64,000 nucleotides of DNA. Source: Epithemia pelagica. Lineage: Eukaryota; Protista; Bacillariophyta. Numbering within the stretch: position 1 is the first letter of the stretch; each line of letters starts with the position of its first letter. The translations under genes were made by a program, and so were the position numbers. Shown one piece after another: positions 45,784 through 56,340 of this stretch. The stretch is from contig OX337234.1 in NCBI GenBank assembly GCA_946965045.2, forward strand, positions 186,001-250,000. The letters run 5' to 3'. The notes below the pieces were generated by a model. That model was not told the DNA's origin. It made no database searches and was given only the letters and a program-made list of their open reading frames with translations.

Positions 45784-46100
45784 TAACCGACTAGCATAAA
45801 CAGTCAATCGTAACTGTTTAAAACACACGTGACGCATTCTGATGCAAAATCCTTAGTCAGTCAGCCAAATTTTCTTATTCGATAAGAAAATCACCTAGTC
45901 AGTTATAAGTCTATTAGAAAAAATAAGTCGATCATTGAGAAATCCCCGACCGACTTAATAAGTCAGTCAAATCAATATTTATTCCGTTACATTTTATTTT
46001 TACTCAGTCACCTTCATTATAGACTGTCTTATATCTTTAATTGACCCATATGACCGACTTAATTTTCCTAATCAGTTCACCATATCAATAAGTCAGTTAA
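45784..46100. repeat. Left subterminal repeat array (AGTCRGTYA / TAACYGACT)
   Basis: Copies at about 45784, 45855, 45897, 45947, 45961, 46052 and 46091, in both orientations. Confidence 0.8.
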
Positions 46101-46301
46101 TTTTTGTTTGAGGGGAGAGAGATGAGAGAGACGGAAAAAGCCGCGACGAAAGATGAGTGAGACGACGACGCGATCAACGAGAGAGAGAATGTTGATCTAT
46201 TTACAAAATAATATGGAGTTTCTGAAATACTATAATGCAACTAATATATATATGAAGATATTTTACCTCTCCTCATGCCTTGGCCATTATAGATACAAGG
46301 A

Positions 46302-49025
46302 TCAGGAATTTCTTCGTGATGATGAACGTGACGACCTCATGGATCGTTGCCCGACCTGTCCTGTTTCTTCCTTCAGTTTTTGCTTCATCTTCTCGATGTA
46401 GCACGCATTGCAAAATGCATGCTTGCAAGAATGACTTGCAAGCAATGCATGTTTGCATGCCATTATTGGGTTCTTCTGGTTGATCTTCTTTTTCCCACCG
46501 AATCTCTCCTTGCACTCGATACATACTGATGGCCACTTTGTATTTCTGGCATAATATTTCTCGTTAAAATATGTTGTCGTGTCCTCTTTGATCAAATGAC
46601 ACAGACCATGGTCAAATTCTTCGGAACACATATTGCTACCTTCACTAGATCCTTTACGCCTTGGCGATTTCCTCCCCCCTTGTTTCGCGTTGGTTGCCTG
46701 CAAGAAAGGAAATCAGACAAGAACATGTTAGACTTTCATGACCACTACAACGGATTCTTGAGTCGTCTGAAACATTACAATATTATCCGTACCTTTCTTT
46801 TTCTTTTGGGAGGGCTTGTTGTCTAAATATAGGATCATTCATTCATGCACAAGTTAGTTTCGAAAGTATATAATTGCAGTGACAACCACCATCCCAACTC
46901 ACGTACCTTCGCGACTGTTTCCTTTTCAGCACCATCCCTCGACGGATGATGTACGCTACTACTCGACATGTCCTGCTGATTACTAGAACCATTCTTCGTG
47001 ACTGTCTCTTTCGCACTTGTGGTTTGTCCCTGTTGATCGTCACACGTCTTTTCACATAGATCGACATTTGTGCTCTCCTCCAATTGAGTTACTAATTCAT
47101 CATTTTGGGACGTGTTCTCCCTTGGTCCATCTTCTGTAGTTGGTGGTTGACAATTGTTGTTTGATTCCACTGTGGTTCCTTCACTGACTTCTTCCTCAAC
47201 ATTTGGAGTAGGTTTGTCCTTTTTTCCACCGTTCGTGGTTCTTACACTGACTTCTTCCTCAACATTTGGAGTAGGTTTGTCCTTTTTTCCACCGTTCGCG
47301 GTGGTATTTTCAGTACCAGTTTGCTTTTGTTCACTAGACCCATCCCTTTCCGTGTTCTCTCCTGAATCCCACAATGTGTTACTCTTTCCCACGTTGCCAG
47401 ATTCCTCAAAAAGTGGTGGCGACAAATCTCCTGTTGATTCGGAATGAACTGACTGATGATCTTCATTTTCTTCACAGTGCTGCTCATTGTCTACGTATCC
47501 AGCCACACCCAAAGGAATTGGTATGTTTGTAAGTTGCTCATTGGCATCATTTGTTGATTGTCCTCTACTCGTATTGATAATCACGTTTCCTGGCTCAGTG
47601 TTGTTGTTACGATTTGTTTCGTAGCCAACGCGATTTACAGTCTCTAACTGTTGTCGCCTCTCATTCTCTGAATTGGTTTGGTTACCAACGCAAACAGTTG
47701 CATTGTGCGCTCTGCTTAACGTTCCTTGCAGATTGTCCGTCAAATCTGAGATCTCAGCAGGGTTTGTATGCACAACGAGTTCTCGTCCGGTGATGTTTCC
47801 GTTCCTTGGTATTGCCTGTCTTGGCACAAAACACGTTGCCCAAAGCATTCTGACACACTCTTCGTCAATATTTACACCGATTGCTTGTGAAAATATATGA
47901 CTTGCACGCTCGAAGTCAGGAGTTGTACTGTCTACCTCAATGACGTTTGGATTCGGATTCTGTTCCTTGAGATTTCTCAAACAGTTGTCCAAATCAGGTT
48001 AGTACTATAGGAGCATCTTTGTTAGACAACACCAAACGTAGGACCGCTTGAACACGTACCTGTTCCGTTGACACAACCACATAGAAAAATGTGGACTGAT
48101 TGTACCGAACCTTCTTTTCATAGCTATGATTTTTGCCCTGACCTTTTGTTAAGGAAATACTCCAACCTGCATTGCACAGCATCGGAGACATCAAGCTACC
48201 CACCACGGCGGACTTCGCGGAACGAGCTACGGCTGAAAACCCTCCTCTGTCAGTCGGACAGGTTCGTGTTCTCTTCCCATTCACAAATTTTGGTTTTTGT
48301 TGGGGGAGAAGTACCATTCCTTCATTGTCAAACCACTGATCAATTGCCGCTGCAAGCCAGTGTCTGTCCTTATGAAATTGATGGACTAACTCGAAGACCA
48401 TTCTTTCATTGTCCGGTGTGCTTGTCAACTCGTTGAGAATTTTTCGGAAATCTTGTATCGTGTGAGGAAAGGAAGCTTTCCCTGGCATTCGAACATCCAT
48501 CTCCTTGGCTCTGGTACGGATACTGTCTTCATATGTTTTTTTGATGTGGGCCCGAAGACTATCTCGAATCTCTTGAATCTCTTGTAGCATCAGTTTACCG
48601 TCCGGTAGAGTGTCTGTGTCCGCCAAACCATCCGTCCGTCGGGCCTTCCGATACATCCATAAGCGACAAGCTTGTTCCTCAGTTGTTGGGCCGGCACCAT
48701 TTGTTGGATTAAAAAAATTACGAGGATATTCCAGTAAGACTCTTGGTTCCTCACGATTTAATTCTGTTGTTGGATCATTGTTCCGATGAATCGGTATGGA
48801 CCGTGTATCATTGTCCAATACCGTTTGATTCAGTTGCATTGTTGTGTTATCTCGTCTATTTTCATTCCTGGAATTTATACTTCCGATGGATGCTCTTGTA
48901 GCTTCGTTGAGGTTCTGTGATTGGGATGCGATGGATGTCAGGTCATTTGAGTTCCGTGATTGAGCGGTGCTCACCCCGATCGGCGGAACGCGCATGGGCA
49001 AATTCCGATCAATGGTTCGAAACAT
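46302..49025 (-). CDS. Three-exon accessory gene of the CACTG element (~804 aa) with C-terminal Cys/His zinc finger
   Basis: Exons 49025-48060, ~47959-46907 and 46697-46302; both donors GTACGT in phase 0, TACTAAC branch at 48004-47998; tail CIEC..CKH..CKHAFCNAC; 63-bp internal duplication at 47182/47245. Confidence 0.6.
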
Positions 49026-49635
49026 GGACTAAAAACGATCGAAATAAGCCAACAAGCAATGATTAGCCGGAAAAGGATTATCAAACACAGCTAACTGTGA
49101 CGTTACATACCATCTTTCAATCGTAGACCTCTCTGTCTCTCCGTCTATATTGAATAGCAAAAGGTGCTCTCTCCTCTCTGTTGATGAGACGCAACATATA
49201 CACCCGCCACACACAGAGCATCACATACACCCACACGACACGCACGATTTTTGTTGAGGACGAAAATCTCCACTTGTATTGTGTAGGTTAGACGTTACAC
49301 AGGCACAGCAAACGGTTGTTCTGGTGGTGTACGGTACTCATTTTCTTATGTATTTCATCTTTACGACGTCTTGGTTAGGTCTGCTCCTCTAAACATTTTT
49401 GTAAATTATTGTTGATTAGACATTATTTTGAAATTTTATCTAAGTGACTTTCAAACGCGGGACGCCAAAGCAATACCGCTCTATAACAAATTAGAGAAAG
49501 GAAATGTCTCACTGTGACTAATTTTGGGGGATTCATCCCCCATTTCCACTGTCTCTCCTCATCGTCCTTTTTTCTCTCTTGGTTATCTGAAATACAAATG
49601 GAGGTAATGAGAGAATGGACACCTCGTGCATATAG

Positions 49636-52600
49636 TTGATGCAAATAGACGATCCCTGTAAACTTATTGACAACGATATCCTTATGGATTCCCTAAGTAC
49701 ACCCACGACCTTGGAGATTCAGTGTCCGGAATGCTATATGTCCGTGGTTTGCATTCCGGCGAAAGCTTCCCCACCAGAAATGGAAAAATTCTTGTATGAA
49801 GGAACATGTTCTAATTCCATTAGTAACTGTTCCATGGCGTCAAAAACCTTCTTCTGTTGTAAATTATGCATTGGTGATTCAGGACATTGTGGGAAATCTA
49901 CAGGATACATCAGACAATGGAAATATGTTCGACGGCATTACTCTACTTCGTTTCACCAGACAAGACTTTCTTCGACAAGATGCAGTGCCTTGAAAGACTA
50001 CGTACAAGAGGAACAGGATCACTTTGTTCCAGACGTGGATTCAGGAGACTCGGTCTTTATAGAAGAAACAACGGTGGCAGTTCCGGAAGTTATTCCTTCA
50101 CTTCAAGAACTTCGTGGTCTTGGTTTTGATAAAGATTCAATGACTCCTCGATTCATGATTGAAGAATTACGGTGCAAGGGACAGGGAATACGCTGGCTAA
50201 CTGCAAACGCGTTTGGACTCCAATCATCGCAGGTTAGTGATGAGGAAGCTCGTTTCTGTCTCCGTCTTTCGTCACTTTTAGTGCAATTATCAGAGCATCA
50301 GAAGAAACAACTTGGCGAGATCTTGACGATTGCTGGTAATAATGGTCATCCACAACTGTCCATTTTCCAAAACATTCGATTGCCTACAACATCCGAAGAC
50401 TTCGACCGATTCTTCTTGACTGGGAAGAATGCTATTCTCCCAAATCTGCCCCACCCAGTTCCGAAAAATACGCCAGATGGGACACATTCGTTTGTTTCGT
50501 TGACTGATTTGTTGGCGAACGAATTTGGGAAGGCAACGGAATTTGATCAATTCGAATTCTACACCACAATCCAATTGGGACCTCATGATAGAGTCCCAAG
50601 TGTATCTTCAACAATGTGTGCAAACTCGCTATACATAACACTGAAGGAATGCCATAAAGAGACTGATGAAGCACAGCACGAAGCACAAGGCGAATCCTTT
50701 GTTATCTATCTATGGCTTCGTGAGTGGCGCGATGACTTTGACCCCAATAATACAAAGTCATCGCGCAATCAAGTTTGGTGTAACACTTTCACTTTGAGCC
50801 CGCCACAGCAATCAACTAACATTCGTGGAGCAACGACGTACTATATGGGCTTGTCAAGTAAAGGAGACGATCACCGACAGATCGAAGAGATAATGGCGAA
50901 TGAATTGGATCTGTTATCATCCGTTGGTATGCAGGTTTATCATGGGGGCTTGCGGAAAGTTATCCGAATCAAGGTTGGGAAACTCTTGATTTCCATCGAT
51001 CGGCCAGAAAGAACCTCCATGTTCAACATTGGAGACCACAATGGCACCTATTCAACGTGCTGGGGATTTGCATCGAGTGTGGATGGGAACTGTATGGTCA
51101 ATCATTTACCTGCATGCACAAAATGTAAGAAAGAACGCTCAGATCGCCTATTGAATGACTCAACAACATCCACAACCGCTTCTTCTACATGCAATTCGTG
51201 TTCCAATTGGAATCTTGAAGACCCAAAGTTCGTATTTCTGGCTCCCCCGGAATATCCACAGAGGTATGATCAATCTACCGACGCACCACAGCCTCCTATA
51301 TTACGGAATCTTTGGTATCGGATCGAAGATATACAGACAGCGACCACTAACGAAGGAGAAGAGACCAATCAAGAAGAAAATGGTGAAGGCACATCAAAGA
51401 AGAGGAAAAAACAGAGACGGAAGAAACCAACAAAGCGGATATATTTGCGTACCGTGCGACTTAGCGTTACTTGGCTGAAAGAGGCCGTAACCTTCGCGTG
51501 CCACAACGTACGACAACCTTTCGAGATACAACGACCGAGTAAAAAGTTCTGGACAAAGAGTAATTTTGTGGCTTTCTTGAAGACTTGTGCACTAACAAAT
51601 CGCATGATTGAATCTCTTTACCAAGAATGCTCTTCTCGTGTCATAGACCCAACGTTGCCAGTGTGTTGGAATGATGCCACCTCCTTGGCCAAGTGTCATT
51701 TCGCTCCAATGCACATGCTTTTCTTGGGGCATGTGAAAAGCAACATCGAGATGATGTCCAAATGGCTTGGAAAATACAACAAATTGGCTACATTCGGCAA
51801 ACAAGCCAACAAGTACTTGAATGGAATTCGATCATTGCGGGCTACCAAGTTCTTTTGTGCGCAACCATTGTCAACATCCTCATGGGGCACTGGTGTGTGG
51901 GTTTCGGAAAACTACCTACTGGGGGCGCGTCTTTGGAGATTCATCATAGCCATACCGAGTATCTGCAATGACAGGCTATTCCATTCTCCAACATATAAAG
52001 AAGAATGGAATACCGTAAGTAAATTCATGACGTCGATGACCATGTGTCTTGGTCGAATCATGACGAATCAAAAGACAATCCCAGACATGGAAGACTACAT
52101 TCATCTATACATGGACTACATGGTTGAGGTCGATAGGATTTTGGCCAGCGTAGACCGGCAAAAGAAGAATCCTAATTTTGTTAAGTCCAATTCACTTGGG
52201 ATTTTGTCCTGTGCAAAGGCACATGAAGAGATGGGCCCGGCATTATTGCACTGGGAAGGAGGATGGGAAGGCGAGCGCAAGATTCAACAAGTCAAACCAA
52301 TGCTGACAATCAAACGCAGTACGGCAAATTGGACAATGATTACGATGCGCAAGTTATACCAATATGATACTTTGGAATGGATGCTTGACAAAATGGACGA
52401 ACAAAATGGGTCTAGATCAAGACGGAAGAGAGATAGTGACGCAGTGCTGAAAGTTTTCAAGAACCGTCAGGAAATGGAACAAGACTTGGCATCGAATGCC
52501 ATTCTATGTGGTCTATTAGGCAATGACAAGCATATATATCTTGCCTATCGTCCGACAGGAGAGGAAGAGGGAAATACTCGGCGGTTGGTGAAAATATGCC

Positions 52601-52872
52601 GTGTGATGGTAGACGACACATCGGGAGAATGGACTCCAAGTCGATGTTGGACGGCACCACTCCATCTTGGTACCGAAACAAAGCTTTATGACTCGATTGG
52701 ATGTCTTTGGGAAGATTTTATTGAGGAAGTGCTGATATGTATGCCCAGAATCTCCGAAACGAATGGAAGTTTCACGAATTTGTATTATATCGTCGGAAAT
52801 TTATGGAGAGAACGACAACCTAATGGACTGCATACAATACCGGATATACGGGCTATCACATCTAATGAATAA
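49636..52872 (+). CDS. DDE transposase of the CACTA/Plavaka (CMC) type, 1078 aa
   Basis: WRDDFDP (cf. CACTA TDGFNP), IDRPER, PMHMLFLGHVK, WVSENY, WEGGWEGERKIQQVK (cf. W..FER); N-terminal Cys/His finger; located inside CACTG TIRs. Confidence 0.8.
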   Translation: MMQIDDPCKLIDNDILMDSLSTPTTLEIQCPECYMSVVCIPAKASPPEMEKFLYEGTCSNSISNCSMASKTFFCCKLCIGDSGHCGKSTGYIRQWKYVRRHYSTSFHQTRLSSTRCSALKDYVQEEQDHFVPDVDSGDSVFIEETTVAVPEVIPSLQELRGLGFDKDSMTPRFMIEELRCKGQGIRWLTANAFGLQSSQVSDEEARFCLRLSSLLVQLSEHQKKQLGEILTIAGNNGHPQLSIFQNIRLPTTSEDFDRFFLTGKNAILPNLPHPVPKNTPDGTHSFVSLTDLLANEFGKATEFDQFEFYTTIQLGPHDRVPSVSSTMCANSLYITLKECHKETDEAQHEAQGESFVIYLWLREWRDDFDPNNTKSSRNQVWCNTFTLSPPQQSTNIRGATTYYMGLSSKGDDHRQIEEIMANELDLLSSVGMQVYHGGLRKVIRIKVGKLLISIDRPERTSMFNIGDHNGTYSTCWGFASSVDGNCMVNHLPACTKCKKERSDRLLNDSTTSTTASSTCNSCSNWNLEDPKFVFLAPPEYPQRYDQSTDAPQPPILRNLWYRIEDIQTATTNEGEETNQEENGEGTSKKRKKQRRKKPTKRIYLRTVRLSVTWLKEAVTFACHNVRQPFEIQRPSKKFWTKSNFVAFLKTCALTNRMIESLYQECSSRVIDPTLPVCWNDATSLAKCHFAPMHMLFLGHVKSNIEMMSKWLGKYNKLATFGKQANKYLNGIRSLRATKFFCAQPLSTSSWGTGVWVSENYLLGARLWRFIIAIPSICNDRLFHSPTYKEEWNTVSKFMTSMTMCLGRIMTNQKTIPDMEDYIHLYMDYMVEVDRILASVDRQKKNPNFVKSNSLGILSCAKAHEEMGPALLHWEGGWEGERKIQQVKPMLTIKRSTANWTMITMRKLYQYDTLEWMLDKMDEQNGSRSRRKRDSDAVLKVFKNRQEMEQDLASNAILCGLLGNDKHIYLAYRPTGEEEGNTRRLVKICRVMVDDTSGEWTPSRCWTAPLHLGTETKLYDSIGCLWEDFIEEVLICMPRISETNGSFTNLYYIVGNLWRERQPNGLHTIPDIRAITSNE

Positions 52873-52898
52873 TACATGCTATTAACTATCTATGTACC

Positions 52899-54344
52899 CT
52901 AGTCAGATGAGCTATGAATAGATGAAATTATCCAGGGATAAGCGACTCGAGTGGAAACCATAGTCCAAACATGAAGACGACGGTTTGTTTTGAGGTCCTT
53001 TTTAATGTACCCCGCCTTCTCGATCGCCCTGAGGATTGTTGTGGTATATCGCAAAGATGAATTTTCGTGTTGATGACAACACTTAGTGACTCTTTCGTGA
53101 ATATCAGATGAAGTGATCCAACCATCTTCCTTGTGGTGGTCAACAAAATAACATAGCATGTAATAAATACAAAGCAGATTGGAATCGAGAATGGAATGTG
53201 AAGGGATAAAACAAACTTGATTCGTCCATTTCATGACACAACGTAGAGTCTGGTGGTTCACGGAGCATCGAGACCATCCAGGTTCGGGCACGGATTTGAA
53301 ATTGTCCACAGGCGTGTTGTTCAATAAGGGAAGCAACCTATTCTTCGTTCCAGTCCGAGTTCCCATGCAACGACGTGGGATAAATATAATGAGTCCGGCA
53401 CCCCACGTTTGTCCTTCTGTAAGGGAAGGAAATTTCGAAATGCATTTTGATCTCCGAATGGGAATTGTGTCCAGAAGTTCTTGCACTTTCTGAAAGTAAG
53501 GTAACGGAGTGGAGCAGCTCAACCCAGTTGTGACACCACGGGCGTCCATACTCTGTTTGGTTTCTTCAAGTTCGATGTCGAACTGACGCCCAACAAGAAC
53601 AATTCCGCATTTGCACCATTTGCCAAGAGTGACATATGCTACTCGATCAATGAAATTCTTCGGACTGGTCATTGTTAAAAGCATGTGATTTGTTCGTGCG
53701 CCTGTGAGAATTTCGTCGACGATAATATAGAAACCATGGTGCGTCGACAATTGACCAAGTCTCTCCAAGAACCGAATGCTTAGAGTACTTCCATTAGAAG
53801 CAAGAAGTAACTCTAAGAAGAGAACTTTCACCGGTTGTCCCAAGGTATGTTGGTACATACATCGTTTGTGGATATGGTTTAAGCACAAGTCTTCATATGA
53901 GTCTTGTCCTCTTGTTCCCATAATTCCTTGGATACAATATGGTAAGGCGATTGTACGTGCTCGTGCCGAAGAAGAAATATCATCACACGTGGGTGCGTAG
54001 ATGTAAGAAGGCCCATCGTTCACTCTGAAGTCAGCCGTAGACCAAGATTGTAGCGGCCCCAAATCTCCCGATATATAACTTCCACATCCGACCAGAACAC
54101 AATTGGTATCTCCCTTACTCAAACTCGTGATGGCAAATAAATTTGCATCGGAGCCATTGGGTGTCAACTTTTCCAAAGAGAATTGTCCTTTTGTTGTGTC
54201 CTTGATAATGGATCGTAATTCGATCTCGGACTGTTTGTCGTCGGATAGATAACAGTCGGTAAGCGTACGTTTGTTGGAACGTCGTCGTGAGTGTTCGATT
54301 AGAACATACGAAGAACCCCAGTTATTTGCGAAATCATCCGACAT
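52899..54344 (-). CDS. Class-III PLP-dependent aminotransferase-fold protein with putative C-terminal winged-helix (481 aa)
   Basis: NGSDANLFA (cf. SGSEANE.A), GSYISG (cf. SYHG), FLELLLASNG, FLERLGQLSTHHGFYIIVDEILTGART, VTLGKW (PLP Lys); C-terminus ITSSDIHE..TTILRAIEKAGYIKKDLKTNRRLHVW. Confidence 0.75.
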   Translation of the reverse strand: MSDDFANNWGSSYVLIEHSRRRSNKRTLTDCYLSDDKQSEIELRSIIKDTTKGQFSLEKLTPNGSDANLFAITSLSKGDTNCVLVGCGSYISGDLGPLQSWSTADFRVNDGPSYIYAPTCDDISSSARARTIALPYCIQGIMGTRGQDSYEDLCLNHIHKRCMYQHTLGQPVKVLFLELLLASNGSTLSIRFLERLGQLSTHHGFYIIVDEILTGARTNHMLLTMTSPKNFIDRVAYVTLGKWCKCGIVLVGRQFDIELEETKQSMDARGVTTGLSCSTPLPYFQKVQELLDTIPIRRSKCISKFPSLTEGQTWGAGLIIFIPRRCMGTRTGTKNRLLPLLNNTPVDNFKSVPEPGWSRCSVNHQTLRCVMKWTNQVCFIPSHSILDSNLLCIYYMLCYFVDHHKEDGWITSSDIHERVTKCCHQHENSSLRYTTTILRAIEKAGYIKKDLKTNRRLHVWTMVSTRVAYPWIISSIHSSSD

Positions 54345-55028
54345 CGCTTATTCTCTATTATCTCTCGTCTTTGTGTCGCCTCTCGCACCGTCTCTCTCGT
54401 TGTTGTTTTCCGCCCTCACACACACACACTCTCTCTCTCTCTCGTCGTGTGGGGGGTAGAATTTGGCGGGTCGCAGAGAAAATGTGAGAGGAAAAATGAT
54501 GCATGTATACGACTGCCGGCATGCGTGTCGGACTTTGGCAAGACCAAATGACGATGAGTCAATACCGATATAGATTTAAATTATTATATTGGATATTGAT
54601 ATTGAATCAATTTTTATGTTTAATAAGGAATATGATATGAGCAAATTTCATAGAGCATCTGTTCGGCTCTACAAGGAAACAGTACAGATATGAGATTGTT
54701 CTATTCATATTACGTTTGTGAATAAAGGATATTGTATGGATGAAATAAATATCAATCGAATAGGAAATTGGATGTGTGAGATACATAGACCGATAAGAAT
54801 GAATGATATGTTGTTTTGAAATAATCGTTGTCTAAGTATCATGGATCGAAGTGAGCAAGCTTGTTTGATCATTTATAGATTACCAAGACCAAGACCATTT
54901 ATAATCCCAGATCCGTTATTGGAAATTCGAAATATAGCATTGGATTGATATGTGTATAAATGAGAGAGAGAGAAAGGTGCATGATCATAGAGAGACATCT
55001 CGAGAGAGACAACGGCATTCTCACCACC

Positions 55029-56060
55029 ATGTCGTCGTCGTCTTCGGAATCGTCGTCGTCTTCGGAATCGTCGTATGGAGACACTGTATGCGTCAATCAT
55101 GTACCTTACTTTGATTGGGTACTGATGGACAATATAAGGATTGGTTCGTTCATGGCCATCCAGATGAGAGACCAAGAAGATCCAACGGAAATATCCATCG
55201 TCCGGTTGGAAGAACGACAACAAGACGACGACGTGGATCCAGAGATAGCGTCAACAAATATCAGGTTGCGTCTTTTCCCACCCTTGTTTCCGAACAAGCG
55301 TGTGAGTTGGCATCCCAAAATGCCCAAACACGACCACGAAGAAATCGAAAATGGACATGGATCCAAGCATCAAGAACTGTATGAGTCAACAGAGAATCTC
55401 TGGATTGCTGGTGAGAAACCGGATGAAAAGATAAAGCTACTGTTCCCAACTTTCGTTTTCACTTTGGATGAATTATGCAAACCACAAAATGTATGGGCAG
55501 AAGGAATGTCGAACGTCTATTATGTTCGATTCTGGCACCATACCATCAATTCGTACACAAAAAAAACAAAGCACCGTCTCGAACCATTACCATCAACGGC
55601 CTGTATGGGTTTCCCAAATAACAACCCGGACTACAAGCATCCAAGTAATCTAATTATTCCGCGACGGTGCTTCCATTACAATGTTTGGTTTGGATTGTAC
55701 AATCTGCGCAAACAGCTTCTGAAAAAGATGGCAAAGGATGACATTTCAAGCAGTGACAAGAGAGATGAATTGACAATGAAGGTCGGGTGTATTCCCATGG
55801 AGTGTATTCAGTACATACACACGCTGGGAAACTCGGTTATATCGACTCGCAAACTAAGAATGTCTTACCAATCGGGTTTCCTCCGATTTGAAACAGTGGG
55901 AGACTTGATCTATCTCAATTCTCTGTTTGGGAAAAGAGACAAATGTCTCAAACGAGGACATCACCTCAGTGTTGGTAAGTCAGATAAGAAGAGTAAGACA
56001 AAGGATGCCGACAATTATGATACAAAGAAGACAAAAGGATTGATGTGGGAGATATCGTGA
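55029..56060 (+). CDS. Accessory ORF of the CACTG element, BAH-like N-terminal domain (tentative)
   Basis: IRIGSFMAI..IVRL..IRLRLF..ELYES..FVFT..GMSNVYYVRF resembles the BAH strand pattern; ORF is open from 54960. Confidence 0.45.
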   Translation: MSSSSSESSSSSESSYGDTVCVNHVPYFDWVLMDNIRIGSFMAIQMRDQEDPTEISIVRLEERQQDDDVDPEIASTNIRLRLFPPLFPNKRVSWHPKMPKHDHEEIENGHGSKHQELYESTENLWIAGEKPDEKIKLLFPTFVFTLDELCKPQNVWAEGMSNVYYVRFWHHTINSYTKKTKHRLEPLPSTACMGFPNNNPDYKHPSNLIIPRRCFHYNVWFGLYNLRKQLLKKMAKDDISSSDKRDELTMKVGCIPMECIQYIHTLGNSVISTRKLRMSYQSGFLRFETVGDLIYLNSLFGKRDKCLKRGHHLSVGKSDKKSKTKDADNYDTKKTKGLMWEIS

Positions 56061-56124
56061 CGTCTCTCCTATATAGAAAAAACGTCTCGATGAAAAATTC
56101 AGAAGAGAAATAAACAGTCAAAAA

Positions 56125-56340
56125 ATAACTGATTGAAAGTGATACGGTTACTTGTAACTGAGTAACTTTTTAGTCAGTTATGATCTTCGACTAAAGATTA
56201 AGTCGGTTAACTCGGAATCGTCTTATGATAAAACGATTGGTGTAACCGACTTTTGAAAGACGGATATGCATCAGTGGTCAGTCAGTTCGGTTTTAATCGT
56301 TTAATTATAAGTCAGTTAGAAAACCGGTTAGTCAGTTGGA
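56125..56340. repeat. Right subterminal repeat array (AGTCRGTTN / TAACCGACT)
   Basis: Copies at about 56172, 56201, 56243, 56280, 56310 and 56330. Confidence 0.8.

Noticed and set aside
52899-54344. Bacterial contaminant contig explaining the aminotransferase
   Set aside because: It lies within eukaryotic TE termini beside an intron-containing gene and is continuous with diatom-like flanks.
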